From Octopus sinensis (lineage: Eukaryota): a DNA stretch of 50,192 nt. The notes under the pieces are model-generated. The model was not told where the DNA came from and ran no database searches. It saw only the letters and a program-made list of their open reading frames with translations. Every line of letters starts with the position of its first letter. Positions within the stretch are counted from its first letter, which is position 1. The DNA lies in the NCBI RefSeq assembly GCF_006345805.1, contig NW_021834271.1, positions 1 to 50,192 of the forward strand. The letters run 5' to 3'. Made by a program: the position numbers and the translations under genes. Shown here one piece after another: positions 47,685 through 50,192 of this stretch.

Positions 47685-48005
47685 GGCGCAGCCGTGGCTA
47701 CGTGGTGAGAAGTTTCTTTCTTTGTTGTAGTTATTGTTATTGTAATGGTTTTAAAGTTTGGGCAGAATGTTAGCAATTTTATGCGTGTGTGTATGTATGT
47801 GTGTGCGCGCGCTTGTCTCCTACCACCGCTTCACAGCTGGTGTTGGTGTGTTTATGTCCCTGTTACTTAGTAGTTCGGCAAAAAAGTCCGATAGAATAAG
47901 TGCCAGGCTTAAAAGTAAGAGTTAAATCCTTCGTCCAAAAATTCTTTAAGGCGCTGTTCCAGCATGGCCGCAGTTAAATGACCGAAAGAAAATAACAGCA
48001 AAAAG
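47685..48005 (+). mobile_element. Diverged SINE family A
   Basis: Head GGCGCAGCCGTGGCT and 3' blocks AGTTCGGCAAAA...GATAGAATAAGT...CCAGCATGGCCGCAG. Confidence 0.7.
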
Positions 48006-48009
48006 ATCT

Positions 48010-48205
48010 ATGTATGCATGTATGTATGTATGCATGTATGTATGTATGTATGTATGTATGTATGTATGTATGTATGTACGTATGTATGTATGTATGTATG
48101 TATGTATCTATCTATCTATCTATCTATCTATCCATCTGTCTATCAATCAATCAATCAATCAATCCATCCATCCATCTATCCATCCATCCATCCATCCATC
48201 CATCC

Positions 48206-48290
<85 letters not shown>
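48010..48290. repeat. (TATG)n-(TATC)n-(TCCA)n compound microsatellite
   Basis: Direct reading. Confidence 0.95.
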
Positions 48291-48589
48291 GATATGTAAA
48301 CACACATATACACACGCACAGACACAGACGCGCGCGCACACACACACACACACACGCACACACACGCATGTACGCACACACAGATACATGCACACACGCA
48401 CGCATGTCGTGAAGTGATTTTTTGTCTGGTGAAACCGAGGTTATGGTAGATGACACTCGTTGAAAACAACACGTGATGGGGGTTGAACCTGAGACTTATG
48501 CTGTTGTGAAGCAAGTTTCTTCACCACGCAGGACATGACCGCATCTGAATGTTTACAACATAAAAAAGAAATACAGAGAACTACATGGA

Positions 48590-48652
48590 GAGAGAAAGAG
48601 AGATAGCGAGATAGATAGATAGCTAGCTAGCTAGATAGATAGATAGATAGAG

Positions 48653-48683
<31 letters not shown>

Positions 48684-48725
48684 GAGATAGAGAGATATAG
48701 AGATAGATAGATAGATAGATAGATG

Positions 48726-48759
<34 letters not shown>

Positions 48760-48832
48760 GAGATAGATAGATAGAGAGATAGATAGATAGAGAGATAGAG
48801 ATAGAGATAGATAGCGAGATAGATAGATAGAC

Positions 48833-48883
<51 letters not shown>

Positions 48884-48884
48884 G

Positions 48885-48934
<50 letters not shown>

Positions 48935-49010
48935 ATAGATAGAGAGAGAGATAAATAGATAGAGATAGAGATAGATAGATAAATAGATAGAGAGATAGAG
49001 AGGGAGAGAG
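48590..49010. repeat. (GATA)n array
   Basis: Direct reading. Confidence 0.95.
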
Positions 49011-49409
49011 AGGAACAGAGACAGACGCACATACCATAAATAGAAACACACATAAACACGAATACAGAGAGAGAGAGAATCCCACATAAACAGACAACAA
49101 CAACAACAATAGCAATAACAACAACAACAACAACCAGCCGAGAGAAAACGAAAACAAAAGAAAAAACTACATCAGTTTACAGTTGTATGGAGGGATTATG
49201 AAGTTGCAATGACATAGGAGAGGTTCTTAGCTAAATAAGTGCTACTTCTCTGAGCACTTATTCACAATAGAAGAGAATTACTTCTGACAGATTCCTTCAA
49301 TAAGAAGCAACAACAACAACAACGAGTACATCACCAACAAGAACAAGAACAATAACATAAAAAAAAAGATGCAGAAGAATTTTTCTCGGTTTTTCTTTCG
49401 ATTCACTTT

Positions 49410-49832
49410 TAGTCTATTTATTTCTCTCTCTCTCTCTTTCTCTTTCTCTCTATCTATGGATCTACCTTTATTTCTCTTTCTCTCTCTCTCTCTCTCACTC
49501 ACTCACCTTCTCTCTCTTTCTCTTACTCTCTATCTATCTATGGGTCTATCTTTATTTCTCTCTCCCTTTCTCTTTCTCTGTCTCTCTATCGTTAGTCTCT
49601 TTTTCTCTGTCCAGCTTTCTCTTTCTCTCTCTCTCTGTCTCTCTCTCTCTGTCTGTCTGTCTCTCTCTGTCTGTCTGTCTCTGTCTGTCTGTCTCTCTCT
49701 CTATTTCTCTCTCACTCTCTCTCTTTCTCTTACTCTCTATCTATCTATGGGTCTATCTTTATTTCTCTCTCCCTTTCTCTTTCTCTGTCTCTCTATCGTT
49801 AGTCTCTTTTTCTCTGTCCAGCTTTCTCTTTC

Positions 49833-49863
<31 letters not shown>

Positions 49864-50125
49864 GTCTGTCTGTCTCTGTCTGTCTGTCTCTCTCTCTATT
49901 TCTCTCTCACTCTCTCTCTTTCTCTTACTCTCTATCTATGGATCTACCTTTATTTCTCTCTCACATTCTCTCTCTCTTTCTCTCTCACCCACTCTCTCTC
50001 TTTCTCATTCTTTTTCTCTCTCTCTCTCACTCTCTCTTTCTCTGCCTCTGTCTCTCTCTCGTTAGTCTCTTTTTCTCTATCCAGCTTTCTCTCTCTCTCT
50101 CCCCCCTCTCTCTCTCTCTAACTCT
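49410..50125. repeat. CT-rich compound microsatellite with an internal ~207 bp duplication
   Basis: TGGGTCTATC at 49541 and 49748. Confidence 0.9.
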
Positions 50126-50192
50126 CTTCCACTGCTTTTTCTTATAGTGTTTTCCCTTCTAATGCTCTCATTTGATACTGCCTCCGTCGTGA

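Noticed and set aside
49410-50125. 207 bp duplication in the CT-rich tract as a functional repeat
   Set aside because: Ordinary slippage or unequal exchange within a microsatellite.

Overview
AT-rich, microsatellite-saturated eukaryotic DNA. It is most likely from a coleoid cephalopod (Octopus-like); this is an inference from the SINE families and the (TA)n/(GATA)n/(CA)n load. Most ORFs in the supplied track are translations of microsatellites. The recognisable content is mostly transposon-derived: a near full-length but frameshifted Tx1/L1-clade LINE (14305-19310, minus) plus fragments, with most ends in GATA arrays; relics of RTE, CR1/L2, R4-like RLE, Ty3/Gypsy and Tc1 elements; non-autonomous Helitrons; a TGTTG...CAACA inverted-repeat element; three tRNA-derived SINE families; and several Penelope-like (PLE) elements. 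The most notable signals are: (1) PLE-type inverted-repeat elements carrying minimal type I hammerhead ribozymes whose stems covary between two families, including a GIY-YIG nuclease cassette between ~525 bp inverted repeats and a 1.16 kb near-perfect palindrome; (2) a SINE whose 3' ~50 nt match the 3' end of the resident Tx1 LINE; (3) a weakly supported chain of phase-compatible minus-strand host exons, one with an in-frame TGA and one whose splice acceptor is amplified six-fold in a 151 bp tandem array. All calls are by-eye reading. No database search was possible, and homopolymer indels suggest long-read consensus errors.
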